Assembly (NCBI GenBank): GCA_031178005.1
Contig: JAPSJV010000011.1
Location: 30,799-94,798, forward strand
DNA: 64,000 bases
Source of the DNA: Pseudarthrobacter sp.
Lineage (GTDB): Bacteria > Actinomycetota > Actinomycetes > Actinomycetales > Micrococcaceae
Direction of reading: 5' to 3'
Shown: positions 33,740 to 43,089 of the stretch, piece after piece
Numbering within the stretch: the first letter of the stretch is position 1
How the letters are laid out: each line of letters starts with the position of its first letter
Program-made: the position numbers and the translations under genes
Notes under the pieces: generated by a model
The model's database searches: none
Told to the model about the DNA's origin: nothing
Seen by the model: only the letters and a program-made list of their open reading frames with translations

Positions 33740-35092
33740 ATGAACACATACACCGCCGTTCCCAGTGGGGAACAGGTTGTCCAGGAATTGCCGTGGCGCT
33801 GGAAGGTTCAGGGGCGGATTTTCCTGATTGGCGGGCTCGGCTTTATGTTCGACGCCTGGGACGTCACGCTCAACGGCATCCTCATTCCGCTGCTGTCCAG
33901 CCACTGGTCGCTGACACCTGGCGAGGCCGGCTGGATCGGCACCGCGAACCTGATCGGCATGGCCCTGGGCGCGTTCGTCTGGGGCACCATCGCGGACACC
34001 ATCGGCCGGAAAAAGGCGTTCACCGCAACCCTGCTGATCTTCTCCCTGTTTACCGTACTGGGTGCCTTCTCTCCCGACTTTGTCTGGTTCTGCATCTTCC
34101 GGTTTATGGCCGGCGTCGGGCTCGGCGGCTGCATTCCCGTAGACTACGCGCTGGTTGGCGAGTTCACGCCGCGGAAGCAACGTGGCCGGGTCCTGACTGC
34201 GATGGACGGGTGGTGGCCTATCGGGGCTGCCCTCTGCGGCTTTGTCTCTGCCGGGCTGGTGGCTGTGTTCGCCGACTGGCGGTTCACCATGCTGGTGATG
34301 GTGCTGCCGGCGCTCCTGGTCTTTTGGGTCCGGCGCAGCGTCCCGGAGTCCCCGCTCTTCCTGATCCGCAAGGGCCGCCGGGACGAAGCAGCCAAGGTGA
34401 TCGACGGGCTTGTCCGTGCCACGGGCGCCACGCCGCGCGCCTACAGCCTGCCGGACGCTCAGGCCGTTCCCCGGCTCTCGGCGGGCAGTGCGTGGCAGCA
34501 ACTGCGCGCCATCTGGACGTTCAACTGGAAGATCACCGCTGCCTCCTGGGCGCTGTTCTTCAGCATCCTTCTCGTTTATTACCTGTCCCTGACCTGGATG
34601 CCCCGGATCCTGATCGGTGCCGGGTTCGCCGAGTACAAGGCGTTCGTCACCACGGCGTCCATGGCCGCCGTCGGACTTCTGGGCGTGGTGGTGGCCGCCC
34701 TGCTGGTGGAACGCGTGGGACGCAAATGGATCCTGGCCATCACCGGTCCGCTGTCCGCGCTGACGCTGGTGATCGTCGCCTTTGTGGTGGACATCCCCTC
34801 GGCCGCAGTGTTCTGGTTGCTGGTGTTCGGCTTTGTGGTCCAGATTGCCATCCCGGTGCTGTACACCTACGTGTCCGAGCTCTATCCAACCGAGCTGCGC
34901 GGCTCCGGCTTTGGCTGGGCGTCCACATTCTCCCGCGTGGGCGCCGGCATTGGGCCGCTGGTGTTTGCCCACTACTTCTGGCCGGAGCTGGGCCTGGCCA
35001 CGTCCTTCGCGCTTGCTGGCGGCCTGGTGCTGATTGCGGTGCTGTGGATGGCGTTCTTCGCGCCGGAGACGAAGCAGCGGCGGCTGGAGTAA
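33740..35092 (+). CDS. MFS transporter
   Basis: FMFDAWD, ADTIGRK, PESP, ELYPTELRG, PETK. Confidence 0.92.
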   Translation: MNTYTAVPSGEQVVQELPWRWKVQGRIFLIGGLGFMFDAWDVTLNGILIPLLSSHWSLTPGEAGWIGTANLIGMALGAFVWGTIADTIGRKKAFTATLLIFSLFTVLGAFSPDFVWFCIFRFMAGVGLGGCIPVDYALVGEFTPRKQRGRVLTAMDGWWPIGAALCGFVSAGLVAVFADWRFTMLVMVLPALLVFWVRRSVPESPLFLIRKGRRDEAAKVIDGLVRATGATPRAYSLPDAQAVPRLSAGSAWQQLRAIWTFNWKITAASWALFFSILLVYYLSLTWMPRILIGAGFAEYKAFVTTASMAAVGLLGVVVAALLVERVGRKWILAITGPLSALTLVIVAFVVDIPSAAVFWLLVFGFVVQIAIPVLYTYVSELYPTELRGSGFGWASTFSRVGAGIGPLVFAHYFWPELGLATSFALAGGLVLIAVLWMAFFAPETKQRRLE

Positions 35093-35104
35093 CTGCCCCC
35101 TCTC

Positions 35105-35170
35105 CCCAACTAAGTAGCAGTAGGTGCCCTTTACAGGCCTGTAAAAGGCACCTACTGCTACCTACTTGGG
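35105..35170. repeat. 66-bp palindromic element, family A
   Basis: CCCAACTAAGTAGCAGTAGGTGCCCTTTACAGGCCTGTAAAAGGCACCTACTGCTACCTACTTGGG (3 mismatched pairs). Confidence 0.9.
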
Positions 35171-36113
35171 CGCCCAACCACGGTTGAGCAGCGCCGAGCG
35201 GACTTTTGCGACGGCGGCACGGGCGTCGTTGGCCATATGCCGCTTGGAGATGCGGACCAAAGCCCAGCCCGCTTTCGCGAAGTCTTCTTCCCGCTCGATA
35301 TCGCGGACGATCTGCGCTGGTTCGGAATGCACCTCCCCGTCGTACTCCACTGCTACTTTGAAGTCGCGGTAGGCCAGATCGGGTTGACGTACGACGCCGG
35401 CATGCAGTTCCACAGGATGGTTTACCTCAGGTGCAGGTAAGCCGGCCCTGCCCAACGAAAGCCGAAGCCGGGTCTCGGGTGCCGAATCGGCTCCCACCCG
35501 CGCGTCTTCAAGCGCGAGCCTGGCTTTCTGGATTCCCGGGGTTCCCTTATGCCGGTCCAGCATGTCAGCAAGGTCGTCGAGCGTGGCATAAGGCTCTGTG
35601 CGGGCTTCGAGCTCTGGTCTGGGGATCCGGATCAGGTGGTCTGCCACCACGGTGATTTCATCAATGGACATCTTCCGTGCGCAGTCCAACCATGTGCGAG
35701 TCCTGGAGGTGATAAAAAGTCCATCCACGGTGGTGATTTCGTCTTCGAAAAACTACCCCCCTGTGACCCCGAACCCCCATACGGCGAGGAATCGCCATGT
35801 GGTCGGGACGGGAAATATGGATTACCTGCTCATCAAAACCGCCCAGAAGGCCCGGAAACTTCCATACCCGGAATGCTGTCGCGTGTGACGCAGCAGAGAA
35901 TTGTGTGACCAGGGTATATGGCCTGATTTCAGAGCAAACGTCGGGTCCGGCAGCGTGGTTGACTCCCGTCGTATTCGGCACCCGGATACCGCGGCTCGGT
36001 GCTGGGATACTCCGGCGCCGTATTCGCCCGGGGCTGATGCCGGCGTCGAGCGCTTCAGCGTAGGTGAACGGAACTTCAGCGAAGGTCGAGGGCAACGCCT
36101 GCGGGACTCTCAT
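35162..36113 (-). pseudogene. AbiEi-like/DUF559 (Vsr-like PD-(D/E)XK) endonuclease-domain protein, split by one extra base
   Basis: 5' frame MRVPQALP..PFT..SHATAFRVW..GVRGHRG; 3' frame FFEDEITTVDGL..RTWLD..ADSAPETRLRL..PDLAY..VAVEYDGEVH..GWALVRI; frame break at about 35746-35762. Confidence 0.82.
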
Positions 36114-36151
36114 ACGCCCATGGTGGCAGGACGCGAGCCCTCCCGCAGAAG

Positions 36152-36160
36152 TTATCCACA
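36152..36160. promoter_or_regulatory. Perfect DnaA-box sequence TTATCCACA
   Basis: About 40 bp upstream of the DUF559 gene ATG. Confidence 0.5.
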
Positions 36161-36176
36161 ACCAGGCCCTACCTGC

Positions 36177-36242
36177 CCAAACTAAGTAGCAGTACTTGCC
36201 GTTTACAGTGCTCTAAAGGGCAACAAATGCGACCTAGTTGGG
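36177..36242. repeat. 66-bp palindromic element, family A
   Basis: CCAAACTAAGTAGCAGTACTTGCCGTTTACAGTGCTCTAAAGGGCAACAAATGCGACCTAGTTGGG; 53/66 identical to the 35105 copy. Confidence 0.88.
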
Positions 36243-36812
36243 GAGGGCCGGGGCCAAGGCGAGCTGCCGCAGCGTCGCAACCAGCAGCCTGCGCTCAACC
36301 ACCTTGATGCGTTCGTGCAGGGTGTCCTCGGTGTCCTCGGGCTCAATGTCCACGGCTTCCTGGGCAATGATAGGCCCGGTGTCCACGCCGGCATCGGCCC
36401 AGTGCACCGTGCAGCCCGTGACCTTCACACCGTACGCCAGCGCATCGTGGACGCCGTGCGCCCCCGGGAACGCCGGCAGCAGGGCGGGGTGTGTGTTGAG
36501 GTACCGGCCCCGGAAGGCGTCGATGAACGCGGGGCTGACGATCCGCATAAAACCTGAAGACACGACGACGTCCGGTGAGTAAGCGGCCACGGCTTCCGTC
36601 AGCGCGGCATTCCATTCGGCCCGGTCCGGGTAGTCCTTGAAGTCCACCTCAAACGTGGGGATCCCGGCGGCCGCGGAGCGTTCCACACCGTAGGTACCGG
36701 GCCGGTCCGCGCCCACGGCGGCGATCTCCACGGGCAGCTCCCCCGACTGGACGGCGTCGATGACGGCCTGGAGGTTGGAGCCGGTTCCGGAGACGAGGAC
36801 TACGATGCGCAT
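36234..36812 (-). CDS. purN: Phosphoribosylglycinamide formyltransferase
   Basis: VSGTGSNLQA, LNTHPALLP.FPG, DTGPIIAQ. Confidence 0.97.
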   Translation of the reverse strand: MRIVVLVSGTGSNLQAVIDAVQSGELPVEIAAVGADRPGTYGVERSAAAGIPTFEVDFKDYPDRAEWNAALTEAVAAYSPDVVVSSGFMRIVSPAFIDAFRGRYLNTHPALLPAFPGAHGVHDALAYGVKVTGCTVHWADAGVDTGPIIAQEAVDIEPEDTEDTLHERIKVVERRLLVATLRQLALAPALPN

Positions 36813-36851
36813 TGGTCAAGCTTAAGGGCAGGCTCGCGTAGGCTGGAAAAC

Positions 36852-37283
36852 ATGAACAACACCCCGGGTCCGGCCGGTTCCCCGCGAACCAGCGAACCGC
36901 TCAGCGAAGCAGCCAAGTCGTCCCGGATGACCACCCACACCCTGTTCCGGATCTTCATCCTGACGGTCCTGGGATCGTTCTTCATCTTCCAGCTGGACGT
37001 CAACTACCTTTGGCTGTCCGGGCTCCTGACGGCGGCGAGCATCGCGCTGGGAATCGTCCTACTGGTGCGCTCGGCCAAGGCAAAGGAATCCCGGCTGGTG
37101 CTGTTCGGGACCATCTCCGGCTTGGTGGTTTCCCTGGTGATGACGCTTCTGGTGCTGGTGTCCGCCGTATTCTTCACGGCCATCCGGGAGTACCAGGACT
37201 GCTCGCGTTCGGCACTCACCCAACAGGCCGCGTCAACGTGCCGCATCCAGTTGGAAGACGCGCTGCCGACGCAGATCCGCTAA
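36852..37283 (+). CDS. Hypothetical membrane protein
   Basis: 3 TM segments; C-terminal YQDC..ALT..A...C. Confidence 0.75.
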   Translation: MNNTPGPAGSPRTSEPLSEAAKSSRMTTHTLFRIFILTVLGSFFIFQLDVNYLWLSGLLTAASIALGIVLLVRSAKAKESRLVLFGTISGLVVSLVMTLLVLVSAVFFTAIREYQDCSRSALTQQAASTCRIQLEDALPTQIR

Positions 37284-37307
37284 GCGCAAACCCTTTACGA
37301 CGCCGGA

Positions 37308-38618
37308 TCACGCCTTAATCAGGCCGGCCTCCTGCGCCAGTTGCCGGCGCTCCAGCCAAGGCCCGACAGCGTATCCAATCACGACGCCGATCCCCACCTC
37401 GGCCGCGATCCAGACGGCCGTCCATAGCGGATCCGGGCCTATCTGCGTGAGCCTGCCGATTCCTGCCGAGCCGCCTGCGATCCAGGCCAGCAGCCCGGCC
37501 AGGACACCGGCCACTGTGCCGATTATCGCGCCGAGCACCGCTGTGGACGCGGACGCCGTAAACCAGCGGGCATCCACCTTGATGGCCAGCCACTCGTCAA
37601 AATGGTTTTCACCTTCACGCAGGAACCACCAGCCACCCAGCACACCGGCCAGGACGGGAACCACCAGCGCCACGAAGCCGTACTCCAAGCTCCCGGCGGG
37701 AATGGCGGCCAGCACCGGAATGGACGGAAGCGGTCCCACTGCGGTTCCGAGCGCCCCCACCTGCGAGCCCGCACCGAGGGCAAACCCGGAACCGGACACC
37801 CACGCCAGCGCATACACGGCCAGGTTGGGGAGGAAGCCCAGTTGCGCGATGGTGAGCGCCGCGCCTCCGGCGGCTCCGGCGTCGAGCGCTTCGTAAACCG
37901 CGATGATCAGGTTCCAGTGGATGAAGAGGTCCACCGTCAGCAGTGCCGCGGACAGGGCCACTGCGGCCATGAGGGCTACGAACCCGGCCTTCGCCGAGGA
38001 TGCCAGGTAGGAGCCGGCCCACCGGGAGTGCTGGCTGGTGGCGGCGATCCAGTCCACGGCGTCAACGCCGATCAGGCGGCTCCATGAACCGGCCTCGCGT
38101 CGTGCACCCACCACCATCCCCAGGGCGAACGGGACGAGCGGCATCAGCATGGCGAACCAGAGGTTAATAACGACGTCGGGCGTGCGGCAGATAAACCCGG
38201 TGGCGGCTCCGAAGGCTGAATAGACAGCCCAGGAACCCAACAGCGCCTGCCATAGCTGGTCCGTGTAGGAAGCACGGGCCAGCCGGCGGCCGGCGCGCCA
38301 AGCCAGGAGGAAAGGAATGAGGGTCAGGCCCAGCGGAACCAGCGCCAGTGTTCCAACTGTCCCTTCGGCTGCGGCCGTGGTTTCGGAGGCAGTCAGTTCC
38401 ATGGGGACGGCGTGGATCAGGAGCCAGGACTGGCCGGCCAGCCTTGCCGCTGCGTCCCACTGCTGGTTCGCGAAGCCTCCGGTCAGCCAGACCAGGGCGA
38501 TCGGGGCGATCACCAGGAGGGCAGAAATAATGGCCGCCTGCGCGGATTCGAGGACACCCTGCAGCCACAAGGGCATGGGCAGGCCACGGTCTCCGGTTTG
38601 ATCAGCACGCAGTTTCAT
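37308..38618 (-). CDS. PerM/DUF6350-like integral membrane protein
   Basis: WLLIH, PLGLTL, LPNL, GPLPSIPVLAAIP; usual position upstream of purN in actinobacteria. Confidence 0.82.
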   Translation of the reverse strand: MKLRADQTGDRGLPMPLWLQGVLESAQAAIISALLVIAPIALVWLTGGFANQQWDAAARLAGQSWLLIHAVPMELTASETTAAAEGTVGTLALVPLGLTLIPFLLAWRAGRRLARASYTDQLWQALLGSWAVYSAFGAATGFICRTPDVVINLWFAMLMPLVPFALGMVVGARREAGSWSRLIGVDAVDWIAATSQHSRWAGSYLASSAKAGFVALMAAVALSAALLTVDLFIHWNLIIAVYEALDAGAAGGAALTIAQLGFLPNLAVYALAWVSGSGFALGAGSQVGALGTAVGPLPSIPVLAAIPAGSLEYGFVALVVPVLAGVLGGWWFLREGENHFDEWLAIKVDARWFTASASTAVLGAIIGTVAGVLAGLLAWIAGGSAGIGRLTQIGPDPLWTAVWIAAEVGIGVVIGYAVGPWLERRQLAQEAGLIKA

Positions 38619-38722
38619 CGGTCTCCATGGTGTCACGGAAGACGCCGCCGCCAGGGCTTCAACCCACCCTTTGGCCGGGCTCTTGGGTACCTCACAGGAA
38701 AGCCCGCCGGATAGGAAAGGAT

Positions 38723-39475
38723 CTACCACAACTCGTAGTCGGAGCTGCTGATCATGAACCCCTGGCCGGTCCGCAGGTGTGCGCATTTCATCGACTGCGG
38801 AGCACGTTCACACACCATGTTGCCGATCCTGACGGTCTGGCCGTCCTCGATCATGGGCCCGGCGAATGCATCCCCCGCCGACTCTTCGCGTTCCATGGGC
38901 GAAACCCCGTGCCCGCAGGTGCCGTACTGCGACCCCGCACGCCCGGTCACCACTGCATATCCGCCGTAGTACTGCTCCGAACCGGTGCAGAGTCCCTTGA
39001 GATCTGCCGGCCGGGGCGGAACCTCCGTCAGCAAATAACACGCCGCGCCATCCCGGTCGATGGAGCACTGCATGTCCTTGGCCGGCGACTGCACCACCAC
39101 CGGCAGGCTTCCCGCCCACGGCTTGACGTTCACCTGCGGCAGCATCTGTTCGGCGCGGTTCAACGGACGCGACGGCGGTGCGGGTTCTCCGGAGGCGGCG
39201 GAACCCTCTCCGGAGGAACTGCCGGAAGGAACGCCCGACGGCGGGATGGCACCCGGGTCTCCTGCCGCCGTCGCGCCTTCCGCTGTTGTGGCACCGAATG
39301 CGTCCCCTCCCCCTGCGTCCGCGGACTCCGGTGCCGGAACCGCGGCCCGCTGGTCGCTGAGCTGGAGCATTCCGACGGAACCGTTGGCCGGCATAGGTAC
39401 CTCGACGCTGCAGCCGCCGGCGAACAGCGCAAGCGCTGGCACCAGCAGGAGGCGGAGCATTCGACGGCATTTCAT
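38723..39475 (-). CDS. Hypothetical Cys-rich lipoprotein
   Basis: Lipobox AGGC, low-complexity linker, QSPAKDMQC...C...C..GQGFMIS. Confidence 0.65.
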   Translation of the reverse strand: MKCRRMLRLLLVPALALFAGGCSVEVPMPANGSVGMLQLSDQRAAVPAPESADAGGGDAFGATTAEGATAAGDPGAIPPSGVPSGSSSGEGSAASGEPAPPSRPLNRAEQMLPQVNVKPWAGSLPVVVQSPAKDMQCSIDRDGAACYLLTEVPPRPADLKGLCTGSEQYYGGYAVVTGRAGSQYGTCGHGVSPMEREESAGDAFAGPMIEDGQTVRIGNMVCERAPQSMKCAHLRTGQGFMISSSDYELW

Positions 39476-39656
39476 GATCGCCCCAGTCCATCAGAAAAGG
39501 GCTGGTTTGTCGGTGGGGAGAACTCCCCATGGGTGCAGCCGGAAGCGGCTTCCGGGGACATCGTGACGGCCCCTGAGTTCCCCGGAATCCCGGCGCTTTT
39601 TGAGCACTCCGGACGTAAAATTGGATTGTCCGAAAATCAGTGGTTGGAGGTACAAC

Positions 39657-40115
39657 ATGGCAACCGCATCACCACACGCACACTCCCATTTTGGCCGCGC
39701 GGACGTCCAGAATGTGGGTATGGGTGCTGGTCTTCTTTTGGTAGTAGTGGGCATCCTGGGCTTCATCCCGGGCATCACCACCCGTTACGGCGAACTGATG
39801 TTCCTGGGCCCCGATTCGCATGCCCTGTTCCTTAACCTGTTCCAGGTGTCCATGCTGCTGAATCTGGTGCAACTGGCCATCGGTGTCACAGGCTGGAGCA
39901 TGTCCCGCAGCGAGCACGGCGCACGGAACTTCCTGATGGGCGCCGGCGTCCTGTACATCCTGCTCGCGATTTTTGGCCTGAGCGTAGGGGTTGAGTCCAC
40001 CGCCAACTTCCTGGCCCTGAATACCCCTGACAACTGGGCCCATCTGGTGCTTGGCATCCTGATGATCGCGGCCGGGTGGCTGTTCGCTGAGCGTTCAACG
40101 CGCCGTCGGAGGTAG
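39657..40115 (+). CDS. DUF4383-like membrane protein
   Basis: VGILGFIPGIT, LFQVS, NFLALNTPDNWAHL. Confidence 0.82.
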   Translation: MATASPHAHSHFGRADVQNVGMGAGLLLVVVGILGFIPGITTRYGELMFLGPDSHALFLNLFQVSMLLNLVQLAIGVTGWSMSRSEHGARNFLMGAGVLYILLAIFGLSVGVESTANFLALNTPDNWAHLVLGILMIAAGWLFAERSTRRRR

Positions 40116-40167
40116 CCGAGGGTAGTTTACCGGGACCTGCCGGACCGCGGGCGATCCGCCCGCCAAA

Positions 40168-40211
40168 GGAGGGCGGCGCCGGTTGTCGATTGACGACGGC
40201 GCCGCCCTTCC
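40168..40211 (+). terminator. Hairpin after the DUF4383 gene
   Basis: AGGGCGGCGCC...GGCGCCGCCCT. Confidence 0.55.
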
Positions 40212-40310
40212 GCGTGCCCGGGTGCTGTTTGGCCTCCTGTTCACCCAAGCTTTTCCTCGGCGTCACGCCCTTTCCCCCGCCGCGTCAGCCCCGGATCGCA
40301 CCGTAGAGGG

Positions 40311-41507
40311 GTGAGGATCGCAATTGTTGCCGAATCATTCCTGCCGCTGATGAACGGGGTTACGCACTCCATCCTGCGGGTGCTGGACCATCTGCAGGAG
40401 CGGGGCGACGACGTCCTGGTTATTGCACCATCCACCCAGGACTCAGCCGCTTCCGACGTCGTGACCGGAGCATTCATCCACCGGGTACCGGCTGTGCCGC
40501 TGGCCGGATATACAAATGTGCGCGTGGCGATGGGCGGTGTGAGCCGGGTCAAGCGAATCCTTGCCGACTACGCACCTGATGTCGTCCACCTCGCGTCACC
40601 GTTTGTGTTGGGTTGGCGGGCTGTCCAGGCGGCACATCAGCTGGGCATCCCCACTGTTGCCATCTACCAGACTGAGGTCCCCAGCTACGCGGCGCGCTAT
40701 GGCGTCCCATTCCTGGAAAACTGGGCCTGGAACCGCGTGGAGAACATCCACCTGATGGCCACCCGTACTTTGGTTCCCTCGACGTTCGCGCTGAACCAGT
40801 TGCGTGGCCGCGGGATCCTTCGGGTGGGAATGTGGCGGCGCGGGGTTGATACGGAGCGGTTCAACCCGGAAAAGCGCGACGACGACTGGCGGGCTTCGGT
40901 GGCACCTCACGGCGAGCGGATCATCGGCTATGTGGGCCGGCTTGCCGTCGAGAAGCAGGTGGAGGACCTTGCCGCACTTGCCGGAATTCCCGGCACCAGG
41001 CTGGTGATCGTGGGCGACGGACCGCAGCGGCCGGCCCTCGAGGAAGCCCTGCCGGGGGCTGTGTTCACTGGCTTCCTGAGCGGCGATGCGCTGGCCAGGA
41101 CCGTGGCGTCCTTTGACCTCTTTGTCCATCCCGGCGAGTTCGAGACGTTCTGCCAGACCATCCAGGAAGCCATGGCATCGGGTGTGCCGGTGGTGGCGAC
41201 CGGACGCGGCGGACCTTTGGACCTCGTGGAAAACTCGCGTACGGGCTGGTTGTACGAACCGGGGAACCTGGCTGCCATGCGGGGCCATGTGGAGGACCTG
41301 ATTGGCGACGACGCCAAACGCCGGGCCTTCGCAGCCGCCGCCCACGCATCGGTGCAGGGCCGGACCTGGCCCGCCCTGAGCGCTTCGTTGGTGGAGCACT
41401 ACCAGGATGTGATCGCCGGACGGGTCCTGGTTGAGGCTGTCGGAACCCGGCCCCACCGCCACCCGGTGGTTGAGCCTGTCGAAACCCGAAGCGGAGTGGC
41501 CCTGTGA
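40311..41507 (+). CDS. GT4 glycosyltransferase (MgtA-like)
   Basis: MRIAIVAESFLP..NGV, VHLASPF, YVGRLAVEK, ETFCQTIQEAMASG. Confidence 0.92.
   Translation: MRIAIVAESFLPLMNGVTHSILRVLDHLQERGDDVLVIAPSTQDSAASDVVTGAFIHRVPAVPLAGYTNVRVAMGGVSRVKRILADYAPDVVHLASPFVLGWRAVQAAHQLGIPTVAIYQTEVPSYAARYGVPFLENWAWNRVENIHLMATRTLVPSTFALNQLRGRGILRVGMWRRGVDTERFNPEKRDDDWRASVAPHGERIIGYVGRLAVEKQVEDLAALAGIPGTRLVIVGDGPQRPALEEALPGAVFTGFLSGDALARTVASFDLFVHPGEFETFCQTIQEAMASGVPVVATGRGGPLDLVENSRTGWLYEPGNLAAMRGHVEDLIGDDAKRRAFAAAAHASVQGRTWPALSASLVEHYQDVIAGRVLVEAVGTRPHRHPVVEPVETRSGVAL
41428..41486 (-). repeat. REP-like family B copies inside the GT4 3' end
   Basis: CGGTGGTTGAGCCTGTCGAAACC (41464-41486) is the exact reverse complement of 11748-11770; degenerate copy at 41428-41447. 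Confidence 0.8.
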
Positions 41508-42934
41508 GAATTTCCGTAATTGGCTGCGGCTACCTGGGCGCTGTCCATGCTGCAACCCTCGCCTCGATGGGCCACACAGTGGTGGGCATCGACGTCGATG
41601 CCGGCAAGGTAGACCACCTGGGCCGGGGCTTCGCTCCGTTCTTTGAACCGGGCCTGGACGAACTGCTCCAAGAGGGCCGGGCGACGGGCCGCCTGCGGTT
41701 CTCCACGGACTTCGCCGACGCCGCCACCGCCCAGGTGCACTTCCTCTGTGTGGGGACTCCGCAGTCCAAAACCTCCGACGGCGCCGACCTCGGCTATCTG
41801 TTCTCGGCCACCGAGGCGCTGCTGCCGCACCTGGCCGCGGGCGCCGTCGTCGTCGGTAAATCAACGGTGCCGGTGGGCACAGTGGAGCGTCTGCGCGAAG
41901 TACTGGCGCCGCGCCCGGACGTCCGCTTGGGCTGGAACCCGGAATTCCTGCGGCAGGGAACGGCGGTGAAGGACTCGCTGGTCCCGGACCGGCTGGTGTA
42001 CGGCGTCGACGGCGGAAAGGCTGCCGAGCTGGATCCCGTGAGCGGCGCCCCACGTGGCGTAACCGCGGCACTGGATGCTGTGTACGAGCCGCTGCTGCAG
42101 GCCGGGATTCCGCGGCTGGTTTGCAATTTTTCGACTGCCGAGCTGATCAAGTCGGCAGCGAACGCGTACCTGGCAACGAAGGTCAGCTTCATTAACGCGA
42201 TGGCGGAACTGTGCGACGCGTCCGGGGCCGATGTCACAGAGCTGAGTGAGGCGATGGGCATGGACCCGCGGATCGGCGGCCGGTATCTGCATGCCGGGCT
42301 GGGCTTCGGCGGCGGTTGCCTGCCCAAGGACATCCGCAGTTTCCGGACCCAGGCTGTTGAGCTGGGTGTTGCCTCGGTGGAGGAATGGATGGGTGTGGTG
42401 GATTCCATCAACCTGGGCCAGCGTTCGCGGACTGCTTCGCTGGCCGCCACGCTGTGCGGCGGCTCGGTGGCCGGCCGGACCATCACCGTGCTGGGCGCCG
42501 CATTCAAACCGGACACGGACGACATCCGCGACTCCCCCGCCCTGGACGTGGCACTGCAGCTGGCCGCGGCCGGTGCACACGTGACCGTGACGGACCCGAA
42601 GGCCATCAACCATGCGTGGATTCGTTTCCCGCAATTGCGCTTTGAGCATTCCACGAAGCGTGCGTTGGAAGGTGCCGAGCTGGTGCTCCTGCTGACCGAG
42701 TGGGACGAGTACCGGACACTCTCCCCCGCAGCTACCGGTGGCCTTGTACGGCGACGGACCATCCTGGATGCGCGGAACGTCCTGGACGCGGATGCCTGGC
42801 GGGACGCTGGATGGACGGTGCGGGGTCTGGGTACCGGGGCTGTGATTCATTCGGCACCTGCTCATGCTCCGGTTCCGGCCCACGTTCCTGCCCCTGCTGC
42901 GGTTCCGGCGCCTGCTGCCGGCCAAACTGCGTAG
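41504..42934 (+). CDS. ugd: UDP-glucose 6-dehydrogenase
   Basis: GCGYLG, KSTVPVG, NPEFLRQG, GFGGGCLPKD, AFKPDTDDIRDSP. Confidence 0.93.
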   Translation: MRISVIGCGYLGAVHAATLASMGHTVVGIDVDAGKVDHLGRGFAPFFEPGLDELLQEGRATGRLRFSTDFADAATAQVHFLCVGTPQSKTSDGADLGYLFSATEALLPHLAAGAVVVGKSTVPVGTVERLREVLAPRPDVRLGWNPEFLRQGTAVKDSLVPDRLVYGVDGGKAAELDPVSGAPRGVTAALDAVYEPLLQAGIPRLVCNFSTAELIKSAANAYLATKVSFINAMAELCDASGADVTELSEAMGMDPRIGGRYLHAGLGFGGGCLPKDIRSFRTQAVELGVASVEEWMGVVDSINLGQRSRTASLAATLCGGSVAGRTITVLGAAFKPDTDDIRDSPALDVALQLAAAGAHVTVTDPKAINHAWIRFPQLRFEHSTKRALEGAELVLLLTEWDEYRTLSPAATGGLVRRRTILDARNVLDADAWRDAGWTVRGLGTGAVIHSAPAHAPVPAHVPAPAAVPAPAAGQTA

Positions 42935-43089
42935 CTTTTGAGCCCGGCTACTCCCGACTCCCGCTACATTCCGCGGAGTCAGCCTGGCCAGCTGCCTAAA
43001 AGTCACGCATTTTGGTCGGGACCTTCCGCTGCGGCCGCGGTCAGGCCTAGGGTGAAGCTTGTTGCTGGTCCCGTCAATGGAGGAATTTC

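Noticed and set aside
42852-42925. Pro/Ala-rich repeat tail of Ugd (PAHAPVPAHVPAPAAVPAPAA)
   Set aside because: Low-complexity slippage tail with no evidence of function.
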